Below the pieces are notes generated by a model. That model was given only the letters and a program-made list of their open reading frames with translations, had not been told where the DNA came from and did not search any database. From Parafilimonas sp. (GTDB taxonomy: Bacteria > Bacteroidota > Bacteroidia > Chitinophagales > Chitinophagaceae), in contig JBDHYG010000014.1 in the NCBI GenBank assembly GCA_039811225.1, positions 660 to 64,659 on the forward strand: a DNA stretch of 64,000 bases. The letters run 5' to 3'. The position numbers and the translations under genes were made by a program. Shown here piece after piece: positions 26,631-36,921 of this stretch (its first letter is position 1; every line of letters starts with the position of its first letter).

Positions 26631-29600
26631 CGTTTGAAACAACTCGAGATAAAAGGCTTTAAAAGTTTTGCCGATAAAACCGTTATCAATTTTGATGAAG
26701 GTATAACCGGCGTTATCGGTCCCAATGGCTGTGGCAAGAGCAATATCATTGACAGTATTCGTTGGGTGATCGGGGAACAAAAAATTTCTTCCCTGCGCAG
26801 TGAAAACCTGGAAGCTTTAATTTTTAATGGCTCTAAAACCCGTAGTGGAAGTGGCCTGGCAGAAGTGAGCCTGACCTTTGAAAACACCAAAAACCTTTTA
26901 CCCACTGAGTTCTCTACAGTAACGGTTACGCGCCGCTATTATAAAAACGGGGAGAGTGAATACCGCCTGAATAATGTAGCCTGCCGGTTGAAAGATATTC
27001 ATAACTTGTTTATGGATACAGGTATCAGCAATGACAGTTATGCAATCATTGAGCTGGCGATGGTGGATGATATCATTAAAGATAAAGACAACAGCCGCCG
27101 CCGTATGCTGGAACAGGCTGCCGGCATCACTATTTACAAAGCCCGTAAAAAAGAAGCAACCGCTAAGTTAGATGCAACAGAAACAGACTTAAACCGGATT
27201 GAAGACCTTTTATTTGAAATTCATAACCAGGTAAAAACACTGGAAAGCCAGGCAAAGAAAGCAGAGAAATTTTATGAGATTAAAAATGAATACCGCGAGG
27301 TTTCTATAGAACTGGCTAAAGCTTCACTCGAAGGGTATAATTCCAGTTTCCTGGAGATGACTGCGAATATGGATGCCGCATTGGATGCTAAAGCGCAATT
27401 AGATGCGCAGATTGCAAAGGAAGATGCAGCGCTGGAAAATGAGAAATTGCAGTTTGCTGAAGCCGAAAAAGCTTTACATGAAAAACAAACACGTTTCAAT
27501 GAATTGATGCAGCACCTGAAGAATAAAGAAAATGACAAAAACCTGGCTGCTCAAAAATTGACTTACCTGTTGGATAAGGAAAAAAATCTTTCCCTTTTCC
27601 TTGAAAATGCTGAAGGCCAGTTACATACCATCCAGGATTCCATCCGTTTTACAGAATTGCAAACCGAAAAAGAAAATGAAGAATTGACTACACAGGCAGC
27701 TGCCTTGAATAATACCCGGGAAAAAACCGAAGAAGCCAGGAATTTATTTGATACTAAAAGGGGTGCGCTGGATAGTATCCGACGCCGCCTGCAGGAGATT
27801 CAGCGGAAACAATTTGACGCAGAAAAAAAAGTAGCCATTGCCGATACACTCATTCAAAACCTTGACCGTTCAAAGGACCAGGTACAACAGGATCAGCAGA
27901 CCAGATCAACGCAACAGGCATCTTATGAAGAAAAGCTTCAATCAATACAACAGGAACTGGAAGAAAAGAAAAATGCACATAGTTTATTACAAGCAGAACA
28001 GGTACGGGTAAAAGAACAAATCCTGGAAGTACAAGCTACCCTGGAAAAATTGCGCAATGAACTGATGGATGAAAACCGGAAGCTGGATGCAAAACGGAAT
28101 GAGTATAACCTGCTGAAAAGCCTGATTGATTCAATGGAAGGGTACCCGGAGAGTGTAAAATTTTTGCACCAGAATGCAGAATGGGGCACACAGGCGCCAA
28201 TACTTTCCGATATTTTATATGTACAGGAAGATTACCGGAAAGCACTGGAAAATGTACTGGAACCTTATCTGAATTATTATGTTGTAAGAAACCTGGAAGA
28301 AGGAATACGGGCTATCAATTTATTAAATGATCATAAGAAAGGAAAGGCCAATTTTTTTATACTTGACCAGGTGCGCCATAATCAAAACAGTATTGAACAA
28401 CCGGAAAACACATTGCCTGCATTGGAAGTTGTGGAAACGGATGAAGAATATGCAGCATTGGCAAAATACCTGTTGGGCCATGTTTTTATCGCATCCAATG
28501 ATGATGCCTTACAAGCAGCGCCAGAACGTGCCGTAATTATTGAAAAGACAGGCAAGTATATAAAAGGCACTTATACCCTGAGGGGTGGCAGTACCGGTTT
28601 ATTTGAAGGACAAAAGATCGGCCGCGCCAAGAACCTGGAAAAAATGCAGGATGAAATTATCCTGCAGGACGCTGTGGTGAATGCCCTGAAAAATGAAATG
28701 AAAAAACAGCAGGACACCCTTTCACAGAATACTGCTATGTTGAAAGATAACCAGGTCAAACAGGCGGAGCATGAAATTAACCAGTTAAATAATGAACACT
28801 ATGCCATAAAAAATAAACTGGAAACGTTACAACAGGCATTTGAAACCGGTGCCCAGCGCCTGGCAGAAGTACTGCAAAAACTGGAAGAAGCGCAAAATGG
28901 TATTAGGCATACCCGGGAAGAATTTGTGCTATTGAATACCGAACTGCAACAAGTCTCCGGGGAATTAAGAATTGCGGAAAATGATTTTAGTGAAACGGAA
29001 AAGACCTATAATGAATTAGCCCGGGTATATAATGAACGCAACCTGCAGGTAGCACAACAGCAAAATAAGATAACTGCCTTACAGCAGGAGCTGGCTTTTA
29101 AATCAAAGCAGTTAAAAGAATTGCATGAACAAATCGGCCTGAACACAGAACAATTTAAAAATGTACAGGCAGAAATCATAAGCGGTCGGCAACAATTGGA
29201 AGAAACAGAAACGGCGCTGTTGTCTTTTATGCAGGAAAAAGAACAGGAAGAAAAGAAATTGAATGAAGCCGACCAGGCATTCTCTAATTTTAGAAATGTC
29301 CTGCAGGTTAAAGAAGCAGCCTTGCGTAACCGGTTAAAAGAAAAAGAAAATAAAGAACGTTATGCAGGAGAATTGAAGGACCAGCTTAATGAATTGAAAT
29401 TACACCTGGCCGGCATGAAAGAACGTATGCAGGTGGAATTCAATGTGCAACTAGATACGATATTAGCGGAAGCCCGGAAAAATGATACCGCCCTGGAAGA
29501 ATTACAGGCCAGTGCAGCCCGCATGAAAAAGCGCCTGGAAAATATGGGTGAAATTAATTCCATGGCCATTGAAGCCTATGCTGAAATGAAGCAACGCTAT

Positions 29601-30149
29601 GCATTTATTCTCGAACAAAAAAATGACCTGGTTTCTGCCCGTGAAAGCCTGCTGCAAACGATCCAGGAGGTGGGCGCTACCGCTAATCGCCAGTTCCTGG
29701 AAACATTTAATAAAGTCCGTGAAAATTTCCAGCACGTGTTCAAAGCGCTATTTACAGATGAAGACACAGCCGATCTTGTACTGGACAACCCGGAAAATCT
29801 GGCAGAAACCGGCATTGAAATTATTGCAAAGCCAAAAGGTAAACGGCCATCTTCTATTACCCAATTAAGCGGTGGTGAAAAAACACTTACTGCCACCGCG
29901 TTGTTATTTTCCATTTATCTTATCAAGCCCGCTCCATTCTGCATCCTGGATGAAGTGGATGCACCATTGGATGATGTGAATGTGGGAAAATTTACACAGA
30001 TGATCCAACAATTCAGTGAGAATTCCCAATTCATCATTATTACGCACAACAAAATGACGATGAATGCCGTGGATGTAATTTATGGTGTCACCATGCAAGA
30101 GCCGGGTGTAAGTAAATTGGTACCGGTAGATTTCCGGAGCTTGATTTAA
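26631..30149 (+). CDS. smc: Chromosome segregation protein SMC
   Basis: MRLKQLEIKGFKSF start, Walker A GPNGCGKSN, long coiled coils, a hinge (GYPESVKFL...LGHVFIASN), signature LSGGEK and Walker B CILDEVDAPLD. The ORF-track start at 26553 is an upstream extension. Confidence 0.95.
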   Translation, partial: RLKQLEIKGFKSFADKTVINFDEGITGVIGPNGCGKSNIIDSIRWVIGEQKISSLRSENLEALIFNGSKTRSGSGLAEVSLTFENTKNLLPTEFSTVTVTRRYYKNGESEYRLNNVACRLKDIHNLFMDTGISNDSYAIIELAMVDDIIKDKDNSRRRMLEQAAGITIYKARKKEATAKLDATETDLNRIEDLLFEIHNQVKTLESQAKKAEKFYEIKNEYREVSIELAKASLEGYNSSFLEMTANMDAALDAKAQLDAQIAKEDAALENEKLQFAEAEKALHEKQTRFNELMQHLKNKENDKNLAAQKLTYLLDKEKNLSLFLENAEGQLHTIQDSIRFTELQTEKENEELTTQAAALNNTREKTEEARNLFDTKRGALDSIRRRLQEIQRKQFDAEKKVAIADTLIQNLDRSKDQVQQDQQTRSTQQASYEEKLQSIQQELEEKKNAHSLLQAEQVRVKEQILEVQATLEKLRNELMDENRKLDAKRNEYNLLKSLIDSMEGYPESVKFLHQNAEWGTQAPILSDILYVQEDYRKALENVLEPYLNYYVVRNLEEGIRAINLLNDHKKGKANFFILDQVRHNQNSIEQPENTLPALEVVETDEEYAALAKYLLGHVFIASNDDALQAAPERAVIIEKTGKYIKGTYTLRGGSTGLFEGQKIGRAKNLEKMQDEIILQDAVVNALKNEMKKQQDTLSQNTAMLKDNQVKQAEHEINQLNNEHYAIKNKLETLQQAFETGAQRLAEVLQKLEEAQNGIRHTREEFVLLNTELQQVSGELRIAENDFSETEKTYNELARVYNERNLQVAQQQNKITALQQELAFKSKQLKELHEQIGLNTEQFKNVQAEIISGRQQLEETETALLSFMQEKEQEEKKLNEADQAFSNFRNVLQVKEAALRNRLKEKENKERYAGELKDQLNELKLHLAGMKERMQVEFNVQLDTILAEARKNDTALEELQASAARMKKRLENMGEINSMAIEAYAEMKQRYAFILEQKNDLVSARESLLQTIQEVGATANRQFLETFNKVRENFQHVFKALFTDEDTADLVLDNPENLAETGIEIIAKPKGKRPSSITQLSGGEKTLTATALLFSIYLIKPAPFCILDEVDAPLDDVNVGKFTQMIQQFSENSQFIIITHNKMTMNAVDVIYGVTMQEPGVSKLVPVDFRSLI

Positions 30150-30160
30150 AATCGGATACA

Positions 30161-30595
30161 TTGATCAGGACAGCCATCCTTTTTTATATCATTATCTATT
30201 CTTTGTATACAGTATTTACAAGGCGACCAGATTATTTCGATGGAACTATTATACCGGCAACCATACAATTCAACACAGAGGTGCATACCCAAAAAAAATT
30301 ACCTTTTGCCCACTACCTGGCAAGTGGAAAAATGTATGCTGTGGATGCTTCTTACCTGTTTAGGAATTACCATAGCGGGGAACAGGTGCAGGTTATTTAT
30401 GAAGCTTCCAATCCGGCACAGGCAGGTATTTACAGCTGGTGGGGGTATTGGTTAAGATGGCAGGAAATTATACCATCACTGCTTATTTATAGTATTTTAT
30501 TTTATGCAGCTTTTTCCATTTCAAAGAAAGAAGCAGGAGACACGATAATCGAAACAGAAAAGGCATACCGGAAAAAGAAAAAATATGCAGACTAA
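30161..30595 (+). CDS. Small two-TM membrane protein (DUF3592-like)
   Basis: N-terminal TM (AILFYIIIYSLYTVF), a beta-rich middle (GEQVQVIYEASNPAQAGIY) and a C-terminal TM (IIPSLLIYSILFYAAF). TTG start 11 nt after the smc stop. Confidence 0.5.
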   Translation: MIRTAILFYIIIYSLYTVFTRRPDYFDGTIIPATIQFNTEVHTQKKLPFAHYLASGKMYAVDASYLFRNYHSGEQVQVIYEASNPAQAGIYSWWGYWLRWQEIIPSLLIYSILFYAAFSISKKEAGDTIIETEKAYRKKKKYAD

Positions 30596-30625
30596 AAAAG
30601 CATCCTTTGTATAAAAGATGCTTTT
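30596..30625 (+). terminator. Rho-independent terminator after smc and the DUF3592-like gene
   Basis: AAAAGCATC (30596-30604) pairs perfectly with GATGCTTTT (30617-30625) around a 12-nt loop. The A-tract and T-tract arms suit a bidirectional terminator. Confidence 0.6.
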
Positions 30626-30757
30626 CCTAATTCAAGGTGTTATTTATAGGTCAACACTGCTTTTATGACGATGGTATAGGTAAAAAGTTTAATCAGCTAT
30701 TTTTTCTGCACAAATAAATATTCTTTTTTATTTTTAAGCGCCTATTAAATTGAGTCC

Positions 30758-31732
30758 ATGAACCTTTTCTGGAGAAATATTATTACTTATACTATCCTAC
30801 GTAATAAAAAGATACCCGCAAACCGGGATCAGCATTCTACCTATGTTTTGGCCAGGGGTTACCGTGAATTTATCATTGGGGTAAAGGGTTATACCCGGGA
30901 TTTTTTCCTGATATCCATTGGCATTTTTTCTGCTTCATTCGGTTTCAAAGGCTTTTTGCTTACGAATCATTTCATTGATGGTGGTGCTACGGGTATTTCA
31001 TTGTTAATTACTGCACTCACAAAATTTCCCCTGCAATACCTCATCATTCTTGTCAATTTACCTTTTATCATTTTAGGCTATAATACATTGGGGCGGCGTT
31101 TTGCCGTGAAAGCCGGCCTGGCTATTTTGGGCCTGTCCATTTGCCTGGCATCTGTAGAATTTCCTAATATCACCAATGATAATTTACTGGTTGCATTATT
31201 TGGTGGTTTTTTTCTCGGTGCAGGTATTGGCTTTGCCGTACGTGGTGGCGCTGTGATTGATGGTACCGAGATCCTGGCCATTTATTTAAGTAAGAAAATG
31301 GGCACAACCATGGGTGATATCATTGTTATCATCAACGTGCTTATTTTTTCAGCTGCCGCTTATTTTTTGAGTGTGGAAATTGCCTTGTATTCCATGGTTA
31401 CTTACCTGGCCGCTTCTAAAACACTTGATTTTATTATTGAAGGTATTGAACAATATATTGGTGTGACTATTATTTCTCCTCACAATGAAGAGATCCGGCA
31501 AATGATCATAACCAAATTGGGCCGCGGTGTTACGGTGTATAGCGGTAAAAGGGGCTATGGACGAAGAGGAGAAACCCGTGACACGGATATTTTATATACT
31601 GTTATTACCCGGTTGGAGATTAATAAACTGAATATTGAAATTGAAAAGATAACACCGGATGCATTTATTGTAATGAGCAGTGTAAAAGATACTAAAGGAG
31701 GTATGATTAAAAGGAGACCACTGGATCATTAG
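30758..31732 (+). CDS. YitT-family membrane protein (DUF2179 C-terminal domain)
   Basis: Multi-TM N-terminal part (GGATGISLLI, GGFFLGAGIGFAVRGGAVIDGTEI) and a soluble C-terminus (GRGVTVYSGKRGY...AFIVMSSVKDTKGG). Confidence 0.8.
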   Translation: MNLFWRNIITYTILRNKKIPANRDQHSTYVLARGYREFIIGVKGYTRDFFLISIGIFSASFGFKGFLLTNHFIDGGATGISLLITALTKFPLQYLIILVNLPFIILGYNTLGRRFAVKAGLAILGLSICLASVEFPNITNDNLLVALFGGFFLGAGIGFAVRGGAVIDGTEILAIYLSKKMGTTMGDIIVIINVLIFSAAAYFLSVEIALYSMVTYLAASKTLDFIIEGIEQYIGVTIISPHNEEIRQMIITKLGRGVTVYSGKRGYGRRGETRDTDILYTVITRLEINKLNIEIEKITPDAFIVMSSVKDTKGGMIKRRPLDH

Positions 31733-31789
31733 AAAGTTTCAAATTTTAAATCCATAGATTCCTCTTAAATATAGTTCTGATAACTCATC

Positions 31790-33040
31790 ATGAAAAATCT
31801 ACAGGCATCTATAATTACGATAGGCGATGAATTATTGATCGGCCAGGTTATAGATAGTAACAGCGCTTTTATCGGGAAAGAATTAATGGAAGCCGGTATT
31901 TGGCCCGCACATAAATTTACCGTTGGAGACCAATGGAATGATATCTGGCAGGCCTTGGATGAGGCAGCCGCTCAAGATGATATAATTATTATTACAGGTG
32001 GTTTGGGGCCTACTGCTGATGACATAACAAAACCATTGCTTTGTAAATATTTTGATGGCAAAATGCGGGAAGATGCAGCTACCCTGGCACATGTTACCTA
32101 TTTATTTGAAGTTGTTTTTAAACGGAAAATGCCTTTATTGGAAAGCAACCGCAGGCAGGCAGAAGTACCTGATGTGTGTACCGTTTTACAAAATAAAATC
32201 GGTACTGCCCCAGGCATGTTATTTGAAAAAAATGGGAAATATTTTTTCAGTTTGCCCGGTGTACCCAATGAAATGCAATACCTCATGCTACAGGAAGTCA
32301 TTCCCTTCCTGAAAAGTAAATATAAAAACCAGGTAATCAGCCAGCGAACCCTGCTGACCTATGGTGCCGGCGAATCTTTCCTGGCTGAAGAGATAAAGGA
32401 TTTTGAATCTGCTTTACCCCCTACAATAAAACTTGCTTATTTACCCAATTACGGTATGTTGCGTTTACGGCTAACAGCAAGAGATACCACTACACAGGCA
32501 CTTGATCAGCAATTTGAAGATTTAAAATTATTGGTAAAAAAATGGATGATCAGTGATACTGATATCAGCATGCAGGAATTAGTTGCCGGTATTTTAAAAA
32601 ATAAAAAGAAAACATTGGCCACAGCGGAAAGTTGTACAGGTGGATATATAGCTCATTTACTTACAGCCATACCAGGCGCTTCAGACTTTTTCAAAGGTAG
32701 TGTGGTCTCTTATGCCAATGAGGTCAAAGCAGGCATTTTACAAGTACCGGAAGCAACTTTGGAAAGTTATGGTGCCGTAAGTGCAGAAACGGTCCAGGCA
32801 ATGGTCAAAGGGTTACTGCATCTTGTACAAGCCGATTTTGTACTGGCCGTTAGCGGCATTATGGGACCCACAGGTGGTACGCCTGAAAAGCCGGTTGGTA
32901 CCGTCTGGCTGGGCGTGGGAGATAGGAAAAGAATAGTTACGACCTGCATTCATGTACGGTTTGACCGGGAGAAAAATATCCATTTAACAGCTATCCAGGC
33001 ATTAAATTTTTTACGCCAGTTTATACTGCAACAGATTTGA
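31790..33040 (+). CDS. cinA: Competence/damage-inducible protein CinA (MoCF-like domain + nicotinamide-nucleotide amidohydrolase domain)
   Basis: IITIGDELLIGQVIDSNSAFIG and IIITGGLGPTADDITK in the N-domain. TAESCTGGYIAHLLT and VAVSGIMGPTGG in the PncC-like C-domain. Confidence 0.9.
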   Translation: MKNLQASIITIGDELLIGQVIDSNSAFIGKELMEAGIWPAHKFTVGDQWNDIWQALDEAAAQDDIIIITGGLGPTADDITKPLLCKYFDGKMREDAATLAHVTYLFEVVFKRKMPLLESNRRQAEVPDVCTVLQNKIGTAPGMLFEKNGKYFFSLPGVPNEMQYLMLQEVIPFLKSKYKNQVISQRTLLTYGAGESFLAEEIKDFESALPPTIKLAYLPNYGMLRLRLTARDTTTQALDQQFEDLKLLVKKWMISDTDISMQELVAGILKNKKKTLATAESCTGGYIAHLLTAIPGASDFFKGSVVSYANEVKAGILQVPEATLESYGAVSAETVQAMVKGLLHLVQADFVLAVSGIMGPTGGTPEKPVGTVWLGVGDRKRIVTTCIHVRFDREKNIHLTAIQALNFLRQFILQQI

Positions 33041-33051
33041 CCGGCATTGAT

Positions 33052-33059
33052 TATCTTTG
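33052..33059 (+). promoter_or_regulatory. Candidate -7 box (TATCTTTG) upstream of the E2 gene
   Basis: Exact TAnnTTTG match, 70 nt before the ATG at 33130. Confidence 0.2.
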
Positions 33060-33129
33060 GCACAATTTTACAAAGCGTTTAGCTGTTTATTTTCAAGCAA
33101 ATAAAATATTTTTACATAAAAAATAACGT

Positions 33130-34470
33130 ATGGCCATCATCGATCTTGTAATGCCAAAAATGGGCGAGAGTATTATGGAAGCAACTATTTTAAAATGGCA
33201 TAAAAAAGTGGGCGATCCAATAGCCATGGATGAAACTTTACTGGAAATAGCTACCGACAAAGTAGATAGTGAAGTTCCAAGTTCAGCAGCTGGTACCGTG
33301 GCCGAAATATTATTTAAAGAAAATGATGTGGTTCCAATTGGAACAGTGATTGCCCGCGTAGAAACAGTAGGTGAAAATGTAGCTACTCCTGCACCTGCAG
33401 TTTCCGCGCCAGTTGCTACAGCGCCGGAAGCACCGGTTGTTGAAACGCCACCATACGTGCCGGAAACACCCGTAGCGGTACCGGTTACATCCAATGGCAA
33501 TGGAGGCGCTAATCGATTTTATTCACCCCTGGTATTGAACATTGCACAAAGTGAAGGCATTCCGTTGAGCGACCTGGAAAAAATACCCGGTACCGGAAAT
33601 GATGGCCGTGTTACTAAGAAAGATATTCTGCAATACGTAAGTGAGGGCAAACATAAAGCAGCAACAGCCACGGCACCGGCAGTAACTCAAAAACCTGCTG
33701 CTCCTGTAGCAACCAGTATGGTAATAAATGAGGAAGAACCTGCACCTTACATTCCACAAGGTAATGTAGAGATCATCGAAATGGACAGGATGCGAAAACT
33801 CATTGCCAAACACATGGTTGATAGTAAGCATACCAGTCCACATGTCACCAGCTTTGCTGAAGCGGATGTGACGAATATGGTATTATGGCGGGATAAGATC
33901 AAAAAAGAATTTGAAAAAAGAGAAGGCACCAAAATCACCTTCACACCACTGTTTATCGATTGTATTTCCCGGGTGATCAAACGTTTCCCCATGATCAATA
34001 GTTCACTGGTCAATGATCAGATTATTATAAAGAAAGATATCAATATCGGTATGGCTACGGCATTACCTACCGGTAACCTGATTGTACCGGTGATTCATAA
34101 TGCTGATTATTTAAACCTGGTAGGGCTTAGCAAGAAAGTGAATTCCCTGGCAGACAATGCACGGAATAACAGGTTACGCCCGGATGATACACAGAAAGGA
34201 ACTTTTACACTCACCAATGTGGGCACCTTTGGTAGCCTGATGGGAACACCGATTATCAATCAACCACAGGTAGCCATCTTAGCCGTAGGAGCTATTAAGA
34301 AAAGGCCGGTGGTAATAGAAACAGAACAGGGCGATACAATTGGTATCCGGCATATGATGTATTTATCCTTAAGCTATGATCACCGTATAGTTGATGGCAG
34401 CCTGGGCGCTTCTTTCCTGACCGCGGTTGCGAAGGAATTTGAAAGCTGGGATATCAATACAACTTGGTAA
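33130..34470 (+). CDS. Dihydrolipoamide acyltransferase (E2 component of a 2-oxoacid dehydrogenase complex)
   Basis: Lipoyl domain with EIATDKVDSEVPS, an Ala/Pro-rich linker, an E3-binding domain (SPLVLNIAQSEGI) and a catalytic domain with SLSYDHRIVDG. Confidence 0.92.
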   Translation: MAIIDLVMPKMGESIMEATILKWHKKVGDPIAMDETLLEIATDKVDSEVPSSAAGTVAEILFKENDVVPIGTVIARVETVGENVATPAPAVSAPVATAPEAPVVETPPYVPETPVAVPVTSNGNGGANRFYSPLVLNIAQSEGIPLSDLEKIPGTGNDGRVTKKDILQYVSEGKHKAATATAPAVTQKPAAPVATSMVINEEEPAPYIPQGNVEIIEMDRMRKLIAKHMVDSKHTSPHVTSFAEADVTNMVLWRDKIKKEFEKREGTKITFTPLFIDCISRVIKRFPMINSSLVNDQIIIKKDINIGMATALPTGNLIVPVIHNADYLNLVGLSKKVNSLADNARNNRLRPDDTQKGTFTLTNVGTFGSLMGTPIINQPQVAILAVGAIKKRPVVIETEQGDTIGIRHMMYLSLSYDHRIVDGSLGASFLTAVAKEFESWDINTTW

Positions 34471-34596
34471 TCTTCCAGGGATTTTTATAAAAAGTAATTT
34501 TATTTTTTACACCTGATGATACTCGGTATAGGCGAAGTTTAGTTAATAAACTGTTTCCTGCCAATAATTTTTCGTTTCCAAAATAAACCCCTGACC

Positions 34597-36885
34597 ATGA
34601 AAAAAATTTTTCTACTGCTGTTTCTACTGCCCTTTCTTGCAAAGGCACAATTTGGAAATATTATTCCTCAGCCGGTGCATTTAAGCTATCAGCCAGGTAC
34701 ATTTTTAATTGATGGAAAGACTGCTATAAAATTCAATCCGTCTGCTAAAGATTTAGCACAAGCTGCCGGTTTTTTACAAAAAACGATTCAGCGCATTTCA
34801 GGTTACCAGTTGCCGTTCAATATTTCTGCTACCAAAACAATTCAATTTCAAATCAGCCAGATTGCTGAAATTGGAAATGAAGGGTATGTTTTAAAAGTCA
34901 CACCCTCCGGAATTTTATTACAGGCTAATACCAAAGCAGGAATTATTTATGGTATTCAAACTTTATTGCAAACGCTGCCTGCGATCCGGACAAATGCATT
35001 GCTTCAGGTGCCTTGTATGGAAATAACCGATTATCCGCGCTTTGCCTGGCGGGGCATGCACCTGGATGTGTGCCGGCATTTCTTTGGGCCCGAGTTTGTA
35101 AAAGAATATATTGATCTGATGGCTACCTATAAATTTAATGTGTTTCATTGGCATCTTGTGGATGACCAGGGCTGGCGAATAGAAATAAAAAAATATCCGA
35201 AACTTACAGAGATTGGTGCCTGGCGGGTAGATCATACCGACAAAGTGTGGGGCGACAGGCCACAGGCCAAACCCGGTGAGCCGGCAACATATGGAGGTTA
35301 TTATACACAGGAACAAATAAAAGATATTGTTGCCTATGCAGCAGCAAGGAATATCACCATTGTACCTGAGATAGAAATGCCGGGCCACGTGGCATCGGCT
35401 ATTGCTTCCTATCCCTATTTGAGTTGTACCCAGCAACCACAACTACCATTGACCGGCGGTGATTATACCGGCATGTCTTCCAATTATTGTGCAGGCAATG
35501 ATAGTGTTTTCATTTTTCTTGAAAATGTATTGACAGAAGTCACGGCATTATTCCCATCCAAGTATATTCATATTGGTGGAGATGAAGTGGATAAAACTTC
35601 CTGGAAGCATTGTCCGAAATGCCAGGCAAGAATGAAAGCCCTGGGCCTACAGGATGAGAATGAATTGCAGAGTTATTTTATAAAAAGAATAGAAAATTTT
35701 GTAATCAGTAAACATCGCAAAATTATTGGCTGGGATGAAATCCTCGAAGGTGGTTTAGCACCGCAAGCTGCGGTGATGAGTTGGCGGGGGGAAGCAGGTG
35801 GCATCGAAGCAGCCAGGATGAAACATGAAGTAGTGATGACTCCCGGGAAACCTTGTTATTTTGATCATTACCAGGCAGGACCGGCAGGCGAACCGCTTGC
35901 TATTGGTGGCATGAATACTTTGAAAAATGTATATGATTATGAACCGGTGCCCGAGGAATTATCCGCACAGGAAGCAAACTATGTGATGGGGGCACAGGCA
36001 AATCTTTGGACAGAATTTATTACCACACCGGAACATGTTGAATACATGGTATTGCCACGAATGCTGGCATTGTCTGAAGTTTTGTGGAGCCCGAAAGCAT
36101 CCCGCAATTGGGAAAGTTTTAATGCCCGATTGCACTATCATTTTACATCATTTGGTCAAAAGGGCCAGCATTATTGCCCCGGAAATTTTACAGTAGACAT
36201 AAAACCAACTGCTGCGGATGGTAAATTAAATGTTGCCCTGTTTTCAGACATACTCCATGGTACAATTTATTACACCTTAGATGGTACGGAGCCGACATTG
36301 CAAAGCAATAGGTATATGCAACCCATTCCCATCAATCAAACTGCAACATTAAAGACTTCAGTAGCTGTTGATGATCAGATTAAAGGTGTACAGGCAGCCC
36401 GGCAGGATTTTGTCATACATAAGGCTATTGGCAGTACAGTAAGTTATGCGAACCCTATCAGTAAGTATTACCAGGCAAATGGCCCCAACTCATTGACGGA
36501 TGGTGTCCGCGGAACATTTTCATTGGGAAAATATTGGTTGGGTATAAGTGAAAAAGATTTGGTGGCAACAATTGACCTGGGAGCAATAAAAACTATTCAG
36601 AGCATCTCGTTGGGTTGCCTGCAGAAATATAATGATTGGATTTTTCTGCCGCAATCTGTCCGATTTGAAGTGTCGATGGATGGCAGTAATTTCCAGGAAA
36701 TACAAACAATTTCAAATCCCATTGATATCCACACAAGAGAAATCATTTATGATTTTAAAACCAATTTTTCGTCGCGTGCGGTGCGTTTTATCCGGGTTAC
36801 CGGAAAAAATAATTTATGTCCTCCCGGCCATAGTGGGGCAGGCAAACCAGGTTGGATATTTACCGATGAAGTCATTGTTGAATAA
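34597..36885 (+). CDS. Beta-N-acetylhexosaminidase (GH20) with a C-terminal F5/8 type C (discoidin-like) domain
   Basis: Signal peptide. FAWRGMHLDVCRHF and the catalytic HIGGDEV (D-E pair). Tail of about 150 aa (LTDGVRG...WIFLPQSVRFEVSMDGSNF...RFIRV). Confidence 0.9.
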   Translation: MKKIFLLLFLLPFLAKAQFGNIIPQPVHLSYQPGTFLIDGKTAIKFNPSAKDLAQAAGFLQKTIQRISGYQLPFNISATKTIQFQISQIAEIGNEGYVLKVTPSGILLQANTKAGIIYGIQTLLQTLPAIRTNALLQVPCMEITDYPRFAWRGMHLDVCRHFFGPEFVKEYIDLMATYKFNVFHWHLVDDQGWRIEIKKYPKLTEIGAWRVDHTDKVWGDRPQAKPGEPATYGGYYTQEQIKDIVAYAAARNITIVPEIEMPGHVASAIASYPYLSCTQQPQLPLTGGDYTGMSSNYCAGNDSVFIFLENVLTEVTALFPSKYIHIGGDEVDKTSWKHCPKCQARMKALGLQDENELQSYFIKRIENFVISKHRKIIGWDEILEGGLAPQAAVMSWRGEAGGIEAARMKHEVVMTPGKPCYFDHYQAGPAGEPLAIGGMNTLKNVYDYEPVPEELSAQEANYVMGAQANLWTEFITTPEHVEYMVLPRMLALSEVLWSPKASRNWESFNARLHYHFTSFGQKGQHYCPGNFTVDIKPTAADGKLNVALFSDILHGTIYYTLDGTEPTLQSNRYMQPIPINQTATLKTSVAVDDQIKGVQAARQDFVIHKAIGSTVSYANPISKYYQANGPNSLTDGVRGTFSLGKYWLGISEKDLVATIDLGAIKTIQSISLGCLQKYNDWIFLPQSVRFEVSMDGSNFQEIQTISNPIDIHTREIIYDFKTNFSSRAVRFIRVTGKNNLCPPGHSGAGKPGWIFTDEVIVE

Positions 36886-36921
36886 AAAGATAAGAAAACA
36901 ATTCCCTGCGGTTTAAATTTT

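Noticed and set aside
26504-26905. 133-aa minus-strand ORF, together with the 26-codon upstream extension of the smc ORF (26553-26630)
   Set aside because: The SMC N-terminus conventionally begins at MRLKQLEIKGFKSF (26631). The antisense ORF overlaps the Walker A region of smc and has no motifs of its own.
26631-30149. SMC considered as a defence-type SMC-family ATPase (Wadjet JetC or Lamassu LmuB-like)
   Set aside because: It has the full-length canonical SMC architecture with a hinge. No JetA/B/D or LmuA-type neighbours are present, and the flanking genes are housekeeping or unrelated.
33093-33500. 135-aa ORF antisense to the 5' part of the E2 gene
   Set aside because: Its translation is a low-complexity T/G/A/S run that mirrors the Ala/Pro-rich linker of E2. 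It is an artefact of the linker's codon composition.
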